In this document: positions 12,045 to 22,491 of the stretch, piece after piece | How positions within the stretch are numbered: the stretch's first letter is position 1 | How the letters are laid out: each line of letters starts with the position of its first letter | Assembly (NCBI GenBank): GCA_963843555.1 | Contig: CAWJKV010000005.1 | Location: forward strand, 1-64,000 | Length of the DNA: 64,000 nucleotides | Origin: an uncultured Methanosarcinales archaeon | Lineage (GTDB): Archaea; Halobacteriota; Methanosarcinia; Methanotrichales; Methanotrichaceae | Reading direction: 5' to 3' | The notes under the pieces: generated by a model | What the model was told of the DNA's origin: nothing | Database searches by the model: none | Seen by the model: the letters and a program-made list of their open reading frames with translations, nothing else | Position numbers and translations under genes: made by a program

Positions 12045-13370
12045 TCAATAAGCGTTTATGTACCTCTCGATCTCCCAGGGATGGACGAAGGTGTTGTATG
12101 CTTCCCATTCCAATAGGCCGAGGCGCATAATATTTTCGTAGACATGCTCGCCAAGAGCCTCACGTATCACCTTATCCCCTTCCAGATAGTCCAGTGCCTC
12201 CTTGAGATTGGCAGGCAGGGTCTTAATGTGCAAGGATTTGCGCTCCTCTGGGGTGAGATGATAGACATTCAGATCCACCTGCTCACCAGGATCGATACCC
12301 CTCTTAATACCATCCAGGCCCGCTGCGAGTATGACGGCAAAGGTCAGATAAGGATTGCAGGTCGGATCAGGTGAGCGGAACTCCAGGCGTGTGGAGAGGC
12401 CGCGGCCGGCAGGGATGCGAATAAGCGAGGAGCGGTTCGGTCCGGACCAGGTGATGTAGACCGGCGCTTCGAAGCCCGAGACGAGGCGCTTGTAGGAGTT
12501 GATGAGTGGATTGGCAATAGCAGTTATAGCGCAGGCGTGCTCGATCAAGCCACCCACAAAGAATCTGGCCAGATCGCTTATGTTCATATTGGTATCGGGA
12601 TCGAAGAAGGCATTCTCAAGGCCGCGGAAAAGCGAGATATTGACATGCATCCCAGTACCGGCTGCTCCGTATATGGGCTTGGGCATGAAGGTCGCCCGCA
12701 GGCCCTCTCGCATGGCAATGGTCTTGGTGACATACTTGAAGGTCACCACTTTATCGGCATTCTTCAAAGCGTCGTCATAAACGAAGTCGATCTCATGCTG
12801 GCCGCGAGCAACCTCGTGGTGTGAGGCCTCTACAGTGAAACCCATCTGCGTCAGCGCCCGAACTATCTCGCGGCGCACGTCTTCTGCCAGGTCCACGGGA
12901 CCCAGATCGAAGTATCCTCCGAAGTCGTGCGGGGTGGTGGCCGAGCCGCCATTCTGCTTCTCGAAGAGGAAGAACTCCAGCTCCGGGCCGACATTCATCT
13001 TGAAACCCATCTCCCGGGCTATATCGAGCTGTCTACGCAAGACATGGCGAGGATCACCTTCGAAAGGCTTTCCATTGGGGAGGTGCACATCGCAGATCAA
13101 GCGGGCCTCGTTGCTGCCGTCCTTGCTGCGCCAGGGCAGGAGGCTGAATGTGGAGAGGTCGGGCTGGAGGACCATATCCGACTCCTGGATTCTGGCAAAG
13201 CCCTCTATGGATGAGCCATCAAAAGATATGCCGCTCTTCAAGGCCTTTCCCAACTGGGTGGCGGGAATGGCCACATTCTTCACGATTCCCGAAATATCCG
13301 TGAACTGCAACCGGAGGAACTCCACGTTCTTCTCCTGAATGATTTTAAGCATCTGCTCTTGGGAATACAT
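12045..13370 (-). CDS. glnA: Glutamine synthetase type I-alpha
   Basis: FDGSSIEGFARIQESDM, HHEVARGQHEIDF, ATFMPKP, SYKRLVSGFEAP, EFRSPDP. Confidence 0.96.
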   Translation of the reverse strand: MYSQEQMLKIIQEKNVEFLRLQFTDISGIVKNVAIPATQLGKALKSGISFDGSSIEGFARIQESDMVLQPDLSTFSLLPWRSKDGSNEARLICDVHLPNGKPFEGDPRHVLRRQLDIAREMGFKMNVGPELEFFLFEKQNGGSATTPHDFGGYFDLGPVDLAEDVRREIVRALTQMGFTVEASHHEVARGQHEIDFVYDDALKNADKVVTFKYVTKTIAMREGLRATFMPKPIYGAAGTGMHVNISLFRGLENAFFDPDTNMNISDLARFFVGGLIEHACAITAIANPLINSYKRLVSGFEAPVYITWSGPNRSSLIRIPAGRGLSTRLEFRSPDPTCNPYLTFAVILAAGLDGIKRGIDPGEQVDLNVYHLTPEERKSLHIKTLPANLKEALDYLEGDKVIREALGEHVYENIMRLGLLEWEAYNTFVHPWEIERYINAY

Positions 13371-13509
13371 TCCGTTATCATCTCCTCTCTGAACCCGCGG
13401 AACACTGCATCTACAGAAATCCACGAGGATGAAGCCAACGCCGGACTATGGCATTTATGAAGATTTCAGGTGTCTGGCTCAACCTGGTGTTTTAAATAGC
13501 TAACTGATG

Positions 13510-13523
13510 GGAAACACGGTTCC
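13510..13523. promoter_or_regulatory. Putative NrpR operator GGAA-N6-TTCC upstream of glnA
   Basis: GGAA ACACGG TTCC just upstream of the minus-strand TATA-like box (~13490-13498). Confidence 0.65.
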
Positions 13524-13585
13524 GGCGTCAAGAGAGTGCTGTGCAAATATGCTTATCTAGGGTTATACTCTTCAAAGGGGATTTA

Positions 13586-15004
13586 ATGTCCGGCAAGAGA
13601 GTTCTGGTTGTGGACGCAGGTGGCAGAGGAAATGCCATAGCTCATGCCTTTGCCAGGAGCAAGGAGGTCGAAAGGGTCTATGTTGCTCCCGGCAATGCAG
13701 GCAGCGAGATGATGGAGAAGTGCCGCCTGGCAATGATGCAGGGCAAGGCGCCAAAGACTATCTCGGAAATGCTCGCTTTTGTAAATCTAGAGAAAATAGA
13801 CCTGACCTTTGTGGGGCCTGAGGGCTACCTGTCTGATGGAATCGTCAATACCTTTCAGGAAGAAGGCCAGAGAATCCTGGGCCCGCGAAGAGAGGCGGCA
13901 GTGCTGGAGAATAGCAAGTGCACGACCAAAGATCTTCTCAAGAGCCTGCGGGTTCCTGTGTCGCTCTATCAGAACTTCAGCGATGCCGCTGCGGCAAGGG
14001 AGTATGTGGGACAGTACTGCTCCGAAAACCCCGGCAAAGGCCTGGTGGTCAAGGCGGACGGCCTGGCGGCAGGAAAGGGAACCGTTGTCTGCGCCACAAT
14101 GGAGGAGGCCCTGTCCACCATCGACCGCATCATGGTGAGCCCCAAGCTCTTCGGGAAAGCGGGTGAAAGGATCGAGATCGAGGAACGACTGGAAGGGCGC
14201 GAGCTGATGTTCTTCGCTTTGAGCGACGGCCGGACGGTTCAGCCTATGCAGTCGGCTCTGGACTACAAGCAGGCCTTTGCCGCTGACGAATCAGTGGCCA
14301 TCCGGCTCTTCAATAAGAACTCCGGCAATCCTGCCCTGGATAACAATCCCAACACGGGCGGCATGGGAGGGTTTTCGCCTCACCCCTGGCTGAATGAGGA
14401 GCTGACGGATAAGATAATGAAAAGAATTGCCATACCGACTGTGCGCGGCTTCAAAGAGGCTACAGGCCACGAGTACAAGGGCGTGATCTACTTCGGGCTC
14501 ATGATCTCGGAAGAGAAGGAGCCATCCGTTCTCGAGATCAATGTGCGCCTGGGAGATCCCGAAACAGAGGTGATCCTGCCCCGGCTGGAGACGGACTTCT
14601 ACCAGCTCTCGGAAGCAGTACTTGACGGAAAGCTGGACTCGGTGCCAATGCGGTGGTCCAGCGATTTCTGTCTGGGGATATGCGCCATATCAGGCAGGGC
14701 CATCAAGCCCCTCTCCTCAGGCGGCGCAGAGCGGCCCGGCTATCCTGGTGAGCACTACACCAATATGCCGATCTCTGGACTGGAGAAGGTGGACCCGGAT
14801 ATCCTGGTCTATCACAATGGCACGGCCTATGGCAATGATTCCGCGGGCAAGAGAAGACTTTTCACTACGGGCGGCCGGGTGCTGACGTTAGTTGCGCGTG
14901 CCAGTAGTTTGAGCGAGGCGAGAACGAAGGCCTACGAGAACATCAAGAGGATCCGGTTCAACGGAATGCGCTACCGCAAGGACATCGGTCAGGGCTATGT
15001 CTGA
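13586..15004 (+). CDS. purD: Phosphoribosylamine-glycine ligase
   Basis: VAPGNAG, VVKADGLAAGKG, PNTGGMG, EINVRLGDPE, TTGGRVL, YRKDIG. Confidence 0.95.
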   Translation: MSGKRVLVVDAGGRGNAIAHAFARSKEVERVYVAPGNAGSEMMEKCRLAMMQGKAPKTISEMLAFVNLEKIDLTFVGPEGYLSDGIVNTFQEEGQRILGPRREAAVLENSKCTTKDLLKSLRVPVSLYQNFSDAAAAREYVGQYCSENPGKGLVVKADGLAAGKGTVVCATMEEALSTIDRIMVSPKLFGKAGERIEIEERLEGRELMFFALSDGRTVQPMQSALDYKQAFAADESVAIRLFNKNSGNPALDNNPNTGGMGGFSPHPWLNEELTDKIMKRIAIPTVRGFKEATGHEYKGVIYFGLMISEEKEPSVLEINVRLGDPETEVILPRLETDFYQLSEAVLDGKLDSVPMRWSSDFCLGICAISGRAIKPLSSGGAERPGYPGEHYTNMPISGLEKVDPDILVYHNGTAYGNDSAGKRRLFTTGGRVLTLVARASSLSEARTKAYENIKRIRFNGMRYRKDIGQGYV

Positions 15005-16004
15005 GAGGGCAATAGGAGCAACCGCAGAAATGATAGTATTCGGCTTGGAAGGAACGGCCTGGAATCTCAGCGCCGCCCTGGTGAAAGAAGAGGGCGTGAT
15101 CTATGAGAAGAGCGCCACTTACACTCCTGCTAAAGGTGGCATCCACCCCCGCGAAGCATCGCAGCATCACGCGGAGCACATGGCTGAGGTGGTGAGGGAT
15201 GTGCTGGCCCATGCCCGCGAATGCGGCTTGAAATTGGACGCCATCGCTTTCTCTCAGGGCCCGGGCCTGGGGCCGTGCCTGCGCACGGTTGCCACCGCGG
15301 CGCGCGCGCTCTCGCTGCGCTATAGCGTTCCCCTGGTGGGCGTCAACCACTGCGTGGCCCATATCGAAGTGGGAAAATGGCAGTCCGGAGCCCGCGACCC
15401 TGCCGTGATCTACGTCAGCGGTGCCAACTCACAGGTTCTTGCCCTGCGCCAGGGCCGCTACAGGATTTTTGGCGAGACTCTGGACATCAGTGTGGGTAAT
15501 GCCATAGACAAGTTCGCCCGCAGCGTCGGATTGACCCATCCCGGGGGCCCAAAGGTCGAGGAGCTGGCGCGAAGCGCAAAGGAGTACATTCCCCTGCCCT
15601 ACACTGTGAAGGGCATGGACCTCTCCTTCTCCGGCCTGTCCACGGCCGCCACGCAAGCGGCCAAAAAACACGATCTTTCAGACGTCTGCTACAGCCTGCA
15701 GGAGACAGCCTTCGCCATGCTTGTGGAGGTGACGGAGAGGGCCATGGCCCACGCCGAGAAGAAAGAGGCCATGCTGGTAGGGGGCGTGGGAGCCAACCGC
15801 AGGCTGAGTGAGATGCTGAACATCATGTGCGAGGAGCGCGGCGCGAAGTTCTTCCTGCCGCCAAGGTCGTTCATGGGGGACAACGGCAGCATGATCGCCT
15901 ACACCGGCCTGATCATGCTTAAGAGCGGCGCGACTACTCCGCTGGCGGAGTCCAAGGTCCGGCCGGGGTACAGGACGGACGACGTCCGGGTGACATGGGC
16001 CTGA
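14997..16004 (+). CDS. kae1: tRNA t6A threonylcarbamoyltransferase Kae1 (not fused to Bud32)
   Basis: GLEGTAW, GGIHPREA, SQGPGLGPCL, VNHCVAH, GETLD, DNGSMIA. Confidence 0.94.
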   Translation: MSERAIGATAEMIVFGLEGTAWNLSAALVKEEGVIYEKSATYTPAKGGIHPREASQHHAEHMAEVVRDVLAHARECGLKLDAIAFSQGPGLGPCLRTVATAARALSLRYSVPLVGVNHCVAHIEVGKWQSGARDPAVIYVSGANSQVLALRQGRYRIFGETLDISVGNAIDKFARSVGLTHPGGPKVEELARSAKEYIPLPYTVKGMDLSFSGLSTAATQAAKKHDLSDVCYSLQETAFAMLVEVTERAMAHAEKKEAMLVGGVGANRRLSEMLNIMCEERGAKFFLPPRSFMGDNGSMIAYTGLIMLKSGATTPLAESKVRPGYRTDDVRVTWA

Positions 16005-16060
16005 AGATACATGTGGTATGGAGCCGCAGCCCGGGCCAGGAGTGCAACTTGCGTTGCCGC

Positions 16061-16759
16061 CTATTGGCTCATTCTTGCCGGTCCATATCCCTTTTCATGC
16101 CTTGGCGGCTCCATGTCCAGGAGGACGGAGTATTTCCCCGCTTGGGGTCCCCCAGTGAGGTCAAGCTCTCCCCTGCCGATCATGCCGCCGTCCGACGGCG
16201 AGACGGTGACAGAGATGCTGCCCAAAATGGCAGTCCCATTGGCCGCAGACACCAGGTCCAGATCGGCCAGATCGGCTTCTATGGAGGTTGTATTATCCCC
16301 TGCCGGGTTGGATTCTATCTCGATCAGAGGATAGATGCTACGGTCCAGCATGACACTGCCGCGATAGATCTCCATGCCCTCTTTTGCCCGGATGTCATCC
16401 CTGATCTCTTCCAGGGTCTTATTGGAGGCCAGAAGACCCCGGATCTGTCCGGGCTCCAGGGGCAGGATGGCCTCAACTTTCAACCGGAGGATATGAGATT
16501 CGTTGCCCCTGAGCGCAAACCCATGACCGCTGTACACCACATCAACTGGCACGCCCTCGGGAAGGCCCGCATTCTGGCTTTGCATTATACCATAGCCCTT
16601 CTCGGGATGCATTCGTTCTCCTCGGTTGCCATCAAAGTTATTGGTCTGATTGGGTTCGGCAAGACACGTACCTGTCAGACAGACAAACAACAAACCAGCC
16701 AGAGCCATAAAGAGAATTCTTTTGCAAACATCAATCATCGGGATTTCGCCTGCCGTCAT
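16061..16759 (-). CDS. Exported hypothetical protein
   Basis: Hydrophobic signal segment followed by a beta-rich domain. Confidence 0.7.
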   Translation of the reverse strand: MTAGEIPMIDVCKRILFMALAGLLFVCLTGTCLAEPNQTNNFDGNRGERMHPEKGYGIMQSQNAGLPEGVPVDVVYSGHGFALRGNESHILRLKVEAILPLEPGQIRGLLASNKTLEEIRDDIRAKEGMEIYRGSVMLDRSIYPLIEIESNPAGDNTTSIEADLADLDLVSAANGTAILGSISVTVSPSDGGMIGRGELDLTGGPQAGKYSVLLDMEPPRHEKGYGPARMSQ

Positions 16760-16871
16760 TATCTAAATCATCCAAGCTAATTAAATATCTGCGCTTCTTG
16801 TCCAGGTAGCGACCCTCGTTTGGCCGGCCTGTTGCCTTGACCAGTTGCCTCTGTTGATCATTACGAATGCA

Positions 16872-16915
16872 AAGAAGATGGCGGGCCAACCAAAAGCCCG
16901 CCACTTTATCTTCTT
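16872..16915 (-). terminator. Hairpin downstream of 16962-17609
   Basis: AAGAAGAT-GGCGGGC...GCCCGCC..ATCTTCTT inverted repeat. Confidence 0.5.
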
Positions 16916-16961
16916 GTACGAAAGGGAACGAACTGAAATAGCGGCAAAAGCCGAAGGGCCA

Positions 16962-17609
16962 TTATCCCCTGGCTCTGTGTCCCCGGAAGGGGGCCCCGCC
17001 CATAAATCCGCCAATTCCCGGCATATTTCCTTGCTTTGCCATCAGTTCATTCACTGTCATGTTGTTCAGGGCTTGCATCTTTTTTTGCCTCAACTCGTTG
17101 ATCTCATTGAGAGTCATATTGCCCAGCTCTTGCATCTTCTTCTGCTGCAGCTCTTTGATCTGATTCAAGGTCATATTGTTCAGTTCATCAACAGTCAGAT
17201 CGTCCATCTGCAATAGACCTGAGAAACCAATTCCCATAGGACCATGCCTCGATTCGCCAAAGTAGTGGCCGCTAAAGGCCCCATTATTGCTGGCATCTTC
17301 TCCCATCTGGCCATCGTGTGCCATCATGCGATTTCCCATTGGGTTGCAGTTTCGTCCCTCATTTCTTGCAGGACAGGCAGTCGAATTGTTCCATTCTTGC
17401 TCGCGCATCTCTTGCAGCTCACCAAGAGTTATGTTGCCCATCTCTTCAGGGGTCATATTGCCCATCGGGCATAGTCTTCCGTTCTGCGTGTCCTTGAAGG
17501 CTACCCTATCCGACGGCATTGAGAATGCCGGAGCTATAAGAAGGCAGACCGCTGCCATAGCGATCAGGGCGATCTTAGATTTCATTCCTGTCGATTTCAT
17601 CTTGATCAT
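16962..17609 (-). CDS. Secreted Met-rich helical protein with 18-aa NMTLxEIxEL repeats
   Basis: Signal peptide; repeats ELNNMTLNQIKELQQKKM / ELGNMTLNEINELRQKKM. Confidence 0.75.
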   Translation of the reverse strand: MIKMKSTGMKSKIALIAMAAVCLLIAPAFSMPSDRVAFKDTQNGRLCPMGNMTPEEMGNITLGELQEMREQEWNNSTACPARNEGRNCNPMGNRMMAHDGQMGEDASNNGAFSGHYFGESRHGPMGIGFSGLLQMDDLTVDELNNMTLNQIKELQQKKMQELGNMTLNEINELRQKKMQALNNMTVNELMAKQGNMPGIGGFMGGAPFRGHRARG

Positions 17610-17811
17610 ACCTCATAGATTACCAACGTTGGGCTTTTGGACCCGAGCTTTGCCCAAAGCTTCGCCTTCCTGCAAAGCAACTCTTCTTTGGACAATTACC
17701 CGTCCTGCCCGTCCAAACAGCCCTATTCGGCCGTCTGGCAAACTAGAAGAGGTTCGAACGATACAAGAATTAGGAGCAGAACGAACGATGCCAGTACGCT
17801 GGAAATAACAC

Positions 17812-19074
17812 TTACGAACGTTCCTTTTCAGATAAAAACCATGAAGAAAGTTCTATTATATTGGTGCGGCCCCATTCCTTCTTAGTTATGAGCTTTCTGC
17901 GCTCCAATGAGATTAAAATGCCCGTAAGAGATGACTTGGGCGTGCGAGTCTCGTATCGAATCTCCGCCTGGGTCATTCTGCCACCATGATCTATGAGTGT
18001 CGTCATTACAGCCTGCTCTCGCGCCGTGAGGGTCTGCATGACCGCCTCCATCTCGCTGCTGATCACAATGCCCTTCTTCACAGCATCTTCCAATTCTGGG
18101 ACGGATCCGTCGGACTCTTCTTTCGCGATCTCTGCATCGGCTGACAAGACTTCGCCAGGCTCACCAGGGAATGAAACTTCCCGGGTGGGGTATAGAGAGG
18201 GCTCTGTGGAAGGCTCAATGGACCCAGGCCGATCCTCAGGGCTGGATGCCGCCTCTGGGCGGTAGACTCCATCATCTTCAGCTTGCGGTTCAAACGTCGC
18301 CAACTCATTTGGAATGGATATGGCATCTTGTGGATCTTTTGATAAATCCAAGGGCTCTGTTTTTCCAGGCATCCCGGGAAAAGGCCCTGCCTCCAATCCC
18401 GCGACCTCTCTGTCCGCCGGGTTGGAAGAGTTGGGAAGTGACTCATTCTTTCGTCGCCACATGACGATTGCCAGGGCGAGGACCGCCACCAGAAGGCTGG
18501 CTGCCAGCAGCATGATGATACGAGAATTATTGCCGGAATCTCCGGGTGGCATGGCAGCGGGCAACGCCCCTGATGCCGCAAGAGGCTGCTGATACTGAAT
18601 GACAATGGCGGGGTTCGAAACCTCATATCCCTGTACGTCAGCTACCAGGGACTCGTTGGACGCGGAAAGGAGGTATCCAAGACCCGTCGAGGCATTGATC
18701 ATCCCCAGGCGCATGTCGCTGGGCAGGAAGAAGGTAACCCGGTAATCGTCAAAGCTGCCCCGAGCATCAAATCTGAGAGTCCAGAGATCGCCCTCCTTCG
18801 TGGTCAAGCCGTCGGTGAGGGCGTACAGCTGCCGGGTATCGTTCTCAAATCGATATTGTGAAGCGTTCAGAAAATCGAGGCTGCTGACGTTTTCGGCATA
18901 TCCGGTTACCAGGGCCTTGCCGGTATTATCGAGGTAGACGTTGAGGCTGAGCCACTGTCCAGAGGTCGTATTCTCGGCGCCCGCAGAACCCTGCATGAGA
19001 GCCGCCAAAAAGATTATTGCGAATACTGTTGTGATCCGCAAGTTCATCATACCCGTGTTGGTCCACCTCATCAT
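17812..19074 (-). CDS. Membrane-anchored wHTH regulator (extracellular domain-TM-acidic linker-HTH; COG2512-like)
   Basis: Signal peptide, TM IIMLLAASLLVAVLALAIVMW-RRK, C-terminal GGRMTQAEI..KSSLTGILISLERRKLITKKEWGRTNIIEL. Confidence 0.8.
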   Translation of the reverse strand: MMRWTNTGMMNLRITTVFAIIFLAALMQGSAGAENTTSGQWLSLNVYLDNTGKALVTGYAENVSSLDFLNASQYRFENDTRQLYALTDGLTTKEGDLWTLRFDARGSFDDYRVTFFLPSDMRLGMINASTGLGYLLSASNESLVADVQGYEVSNPAIVIQYQQPLAASGALPAAMPPGDSGNNSRIIMLLAASLLVAVLALAIVMWRRKNESLPNSSNPADREVAGLEAGPFPGMPGKTEPLDLSKDPQDAISIPNELATFEPQAEDDGVYRPEAASSPEDRPGSIEPSTEPSLYPTREVSFPGEPGEVLSADAEIAKEESDGSVPELEDAVKKGIVISSEMEAVMQTLTAREQAVMTTLIDHGGRMTQAEIRYETRTPKSSLTGILISLERRKLITKKEWGRTNIIELSSWFLSEKERS

Positions 19075-19189
19075 GACGAATATCGTATCCTGGCCTGAAT
19101 CTATTTAAAAGCACTCGAAAATTATATGGCTCTTTGCTATATCGAGTGGCCGATTATATGCTGCCTTCAATTCCGGTTCTGTCTTGTTT

Positions 19190-20837
19190 CTACCAGGACC
19201 GGCTGGCAATGGGCATCCTCCAGCCGCTTCCAAAAGCCCGGTCGGTTACCTTGAGACCGGGCGCTGCCTGCCGTCTCTTAAATTCAGCATTCTTCACCAG
19301 AGTGAGCACTCTGGCTACCATCGCAGAATCAAAACCCTGGGCGAGCAGTTCCTCTTCTGACTGGTGCTGCTCGATGTACCTCTCCAGAATGTAATCTAAA
19401 ACCATGTAGGGCGGCAGGCTGTCCTGGTCGGTCTGGCAGAAACGAAGCTCTGCAGTGGGAGCTTTCTTCAGATATCCGGCCAGGGATGATCTCGCTCCCC
19501 GAATTGGAATTCAGCCATTCTGCCAGGCGGTAGACGAAGGTCTTGGGAACATCGGAGATGACGGCCAGACCTCCAGACATATCGCCATAGATGGTGCAGT
19601 AGCCCACCGCCAGCTCGGATTTGTTTCCTGTGGTGAGGAGGATGGAGCCATACTTATTGGAGAGGGCCATGAGCAGGTTGCCCCGGATGCGGGCCTGAAT
19701 GTTCTCTTCCGTTACGTCCTTGGGCAGACCGCGGAATGACCCTGACAGCTCTGTGTCATATGACTGCATGATATCTGTGATGCTGATGATCATCGTCTTC
19801 AGCCCCAGATTATGCGCCAGAAGCTCTGCGTCCTCCATGCTTGCCCGGCTGGTATAGGGAGAGGGCATGAGCACACATAGAACATTTTCCGGTCCGAGCG
19901 CCCGCGAGGCCACAGCGGCCACGAGGCCGGAGTCGATGCCCCCTGAGAGTCCCAGGAGAACGCTGGAAAAGCCGCACTTATGCACATAGTCTCGCGTGCC
20001 CAGGACCAGGGCCTGCCAGATCTCAGCCTCGGGGGTGAAATCGTCTTTTGCGATCCTTCCGGCCGGGGCCGAAGTCCCAGTGTCCGCAATTATCAGATCC
20101 TCCTCGAAGCCCTTTCCCCGGGCGATGAGGTTGCCAGACGAGTCGAAGAAGCAGCTTCTGCCGTCGAAGACCAGATCGTCGTTGCCTCCCACCTGGTTGA
20201 CATACAGAAAAGGAACCTGGTGCTTCCTTGCCAGGCGGGCCAGCATGACTTCCCGAAGCGCTTGCTTTCCGACTGTGAAAGGCGAGGCGGAGAGGTTGAT
20301 AATAACATTAGCCCCCTTTGCCACCAGCTCCTCTACAGGGTCGGCATGGTAGCGCCTGCGCTTTCCGAAGTCTGGATCGTTCCAGATATCCTCGCAGATG
20401 GAGATGCCAAAGACGGTGCCTTTGAGGCGCAGGATCTGCGGCTCGCAAGCAGGCTCAAAATAGCGGTCCTCGTCGAAGACGTCGTAGGTGGGCAGAAGTG
20501 TCTTCTGAAAGGTCCTCTCCACCCGGCCTTCGCATAGAAGCGCAGCAGAGTTGAAGAGGGGCCGGCCCACCTCGCAGGGATTGGGTTCTGCCAGGCCCAC
20601 GAGAAGTGGCGGCAGATCAGCCAGGTCCAGGGCCATCTGCTCCAGAAGGCTCCAGCTGCGCTGCACAAAGCCGAAATTTAAGAGCAGATCACGTGGCGGG
20701 TAGCCCAGGAGCCCCAGCTCAGAGGTGACGAATAAATCGATATCCGAGCCGGCGCTGCGGGCGGCGCGAACTATGAGATCGCTGTTGCCAAGCAAGTCTC
20801 CCACGGTGGGATTGAGCTGCAATAGGGCTACTTTCAT
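19190..20837 (-). CDS. nadE: Glutamine-dependent NAD+ synthetase (frameshifts near 19430-19480)
   Basis: Nitrilase domain (ICEDIW), GLSGGIDS, ENIQARIRG, TGNKSE, EFKRRQAAPG. Confidence 0.93.
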
Positions 20838-20844
20838 ACTCTGC

Positions 20845-21270
20845 TCATGCCCCTCCTACCTGTTCGTCCTCGATCATCTCCTCGTCAGCCTCATCGTCTC
20901 TCGGGGTGCGCACTCGCCCCTCCTTATCTTCTTCCAGGATCTGAGCTTCCATTTCAGCTTTCGCGGCTGTTGTTCTCTCCACAAACTCCTCTGCTGCGGC
21001 ATGAAGTGCAGCAACTGCCTCTTCCGGTCCATCATCTGTTTCCGTGCCAACCAGCAGCATCGCACCGACTTCGGATGCTGTCATCCAGGCTATATCGGAA
21101 CAACCGATGCCATCCCCAACATTATTCTTGAGGGCGTTTAGAATGGCCTCGACGGCTTCTACGATTCGTTGCGGCTCTACCTGGGCAGGGATGATTACCT
21201 GCACCCCCGTCTCCAGATGGCAGACCCCCATGCCAGGGCCGATGCTCGATCCCACAGCTTCGTCGCTCAT
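20845..21270 (-). CDS. Acidic hypothetical protein
   Basis: ORF from MSDEAVG, directly upstream of nadE. Confidence 0.65.
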   Translation of the reverse strand: MSDEAVGSSIGPGMGVCHLETGVQVIIPAQVEPQRIVEAVEAILNALKNNVGDGIGCSDIAWMTASEVGAMLLVGTETDDGPEEAVAALHAAAEEFVERTTAAKAEMEAQILEEDKEGRVRTPRDDEADEEMIEDEQVGGA

Positions 21271-21353
21271 ACTCCTGGTGTAGGACGGCTGAGTTTTAAC
21301 AAGTTTGGGTGCAGGGTGATCTTTCGTTGAGATATGGATCTGCACTTCGCATC

Positions 21354-22376
21354 CTATCTCAGCATCACTTTGCTCATCGTCACCAGGAAGAGAGCCATGA
21401 GCAGCCATCCTAAAAGGGTTTCAATCACTGTTAAGATCTCGTAGCCCTCAACGATGCTTATATTCTGAGGTGTGCGGCCCATGAATTGCATGCTGCTGAA
21501 GTAGAAGGCATCGTTCAGCGATATGTCAGCCGCCTTATGCGCCAGTGAGGCCGTGCTGCTCAGCCGCAGGGCGTCTCCACCCCAGAAGATCCCTGCGAAG
21601 AGGAGGATGAGGGCAAGGCTCAACAGAACAGTATGCGAGGGGCGCACGCCGTAGCCGCAGGAGAGCCAGGCCAGACGGTCGATCAATTTGGGAATGACCC
21701 CAGTCTTGCGCGCCTGTTTTTCCTTTCGATACTGAAAATAGCAGTCGTCCTCATCCTCGAACTTCTCCAGATTCCTGAAGTTTCTTGTCAGAGTGAGATA
21801 GACGGAACCGTTAAAGGGGAGATGGTCCCGGATGGTGTTCCAACGTACAACGATGCGGTTGAAGTTGAAATCCTTCAGGTTTATTTTCGATCCCTCGGCG
21901 AAGGAGGCATCAGACAACCTCAGAGTGTATACTTTGGCATTGGTGAGGTTGAGATTGCGGTGAAATGCCGCCCGGCCAAAGTCGGCGTCATTGAACCTGG
22001 CCCGGGAAAAGTTGGCCTCGGTGGCGAAATGGGCGCGTGAGAAGTTGGCCTCCCCCTGAAACTGAGACTCCGAGAACCCGGCATCCTCCTGAAAATGAGA
22101 ATCGGAGAAGTTGGCCGCCTGGTTGAAGACGGTGCCGTCAAAGTCCACCAGACGGGAAAAGGCGGAGTGATCGAAGAACACATGCCCCTTGATCACGGAG
22201 TACTCGATTTTTATTATCGAATTTATGATTTTTCGCTTATTTTTATTTAAGGGCAGGTCCAGCCGGTGCAGATCCAGGTCTCCGTAGATGATGACGTTCT
22301 CGTACTCAACCGGCTTGCCCTCTTCGATCTTCTTATGGATCTCCTCGGCTTTGATCATCAACAGGCTATCGACCAT
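21354..22376 (-). CDS. Pentapeptide-repeat protein with C-terminal 2-TM channel-like domain
   Basis: A(N/D)FS.A.F repeats, GYGVRP, DAFYFS..., IETLLGWLLMALF. Confidence 0.8.
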   Translation of the reverse strand: MVDSLLMIKAEEIHKKIEEGKPVEYENVIIYGDLDLHRLDLPLNKNKRKIINSIIKIEYSVIKGHVFFDHSAFSRLVDFDGTVFNQAANFSDSHFQEDAGFSESQFQGEANFSRAHFATEANFSRARFNDADFGRAAFHRNLNLTNAKVYTLRLSDASFAEGSKINLKDFNFNRIVVRWNTIRDHLPFNGSVYLTLTRNFRNLEKFEDEDDCYFQYRKEKQARKTGVIPKLIDRLAWLSCGYGVRPSHTVLLSLALILLFAGIFWGGDALRLSSTASLAHKAADISLNDAFYFSSMQFMGRTPQNISIVEGYEILTVIETLLGWLLMALFLVTMSKVMLR

Positions 22377-22491
22377 AAACGAAGTAAGATATCGTTAATA
22401 ACAGATATTCCTTTTGCTATTCTTTTGCTGTTCCTGCTATGCTCCTTGCCCCGTGAAATGATCCAAGCGGAGGATATCGAACATCTCATCA

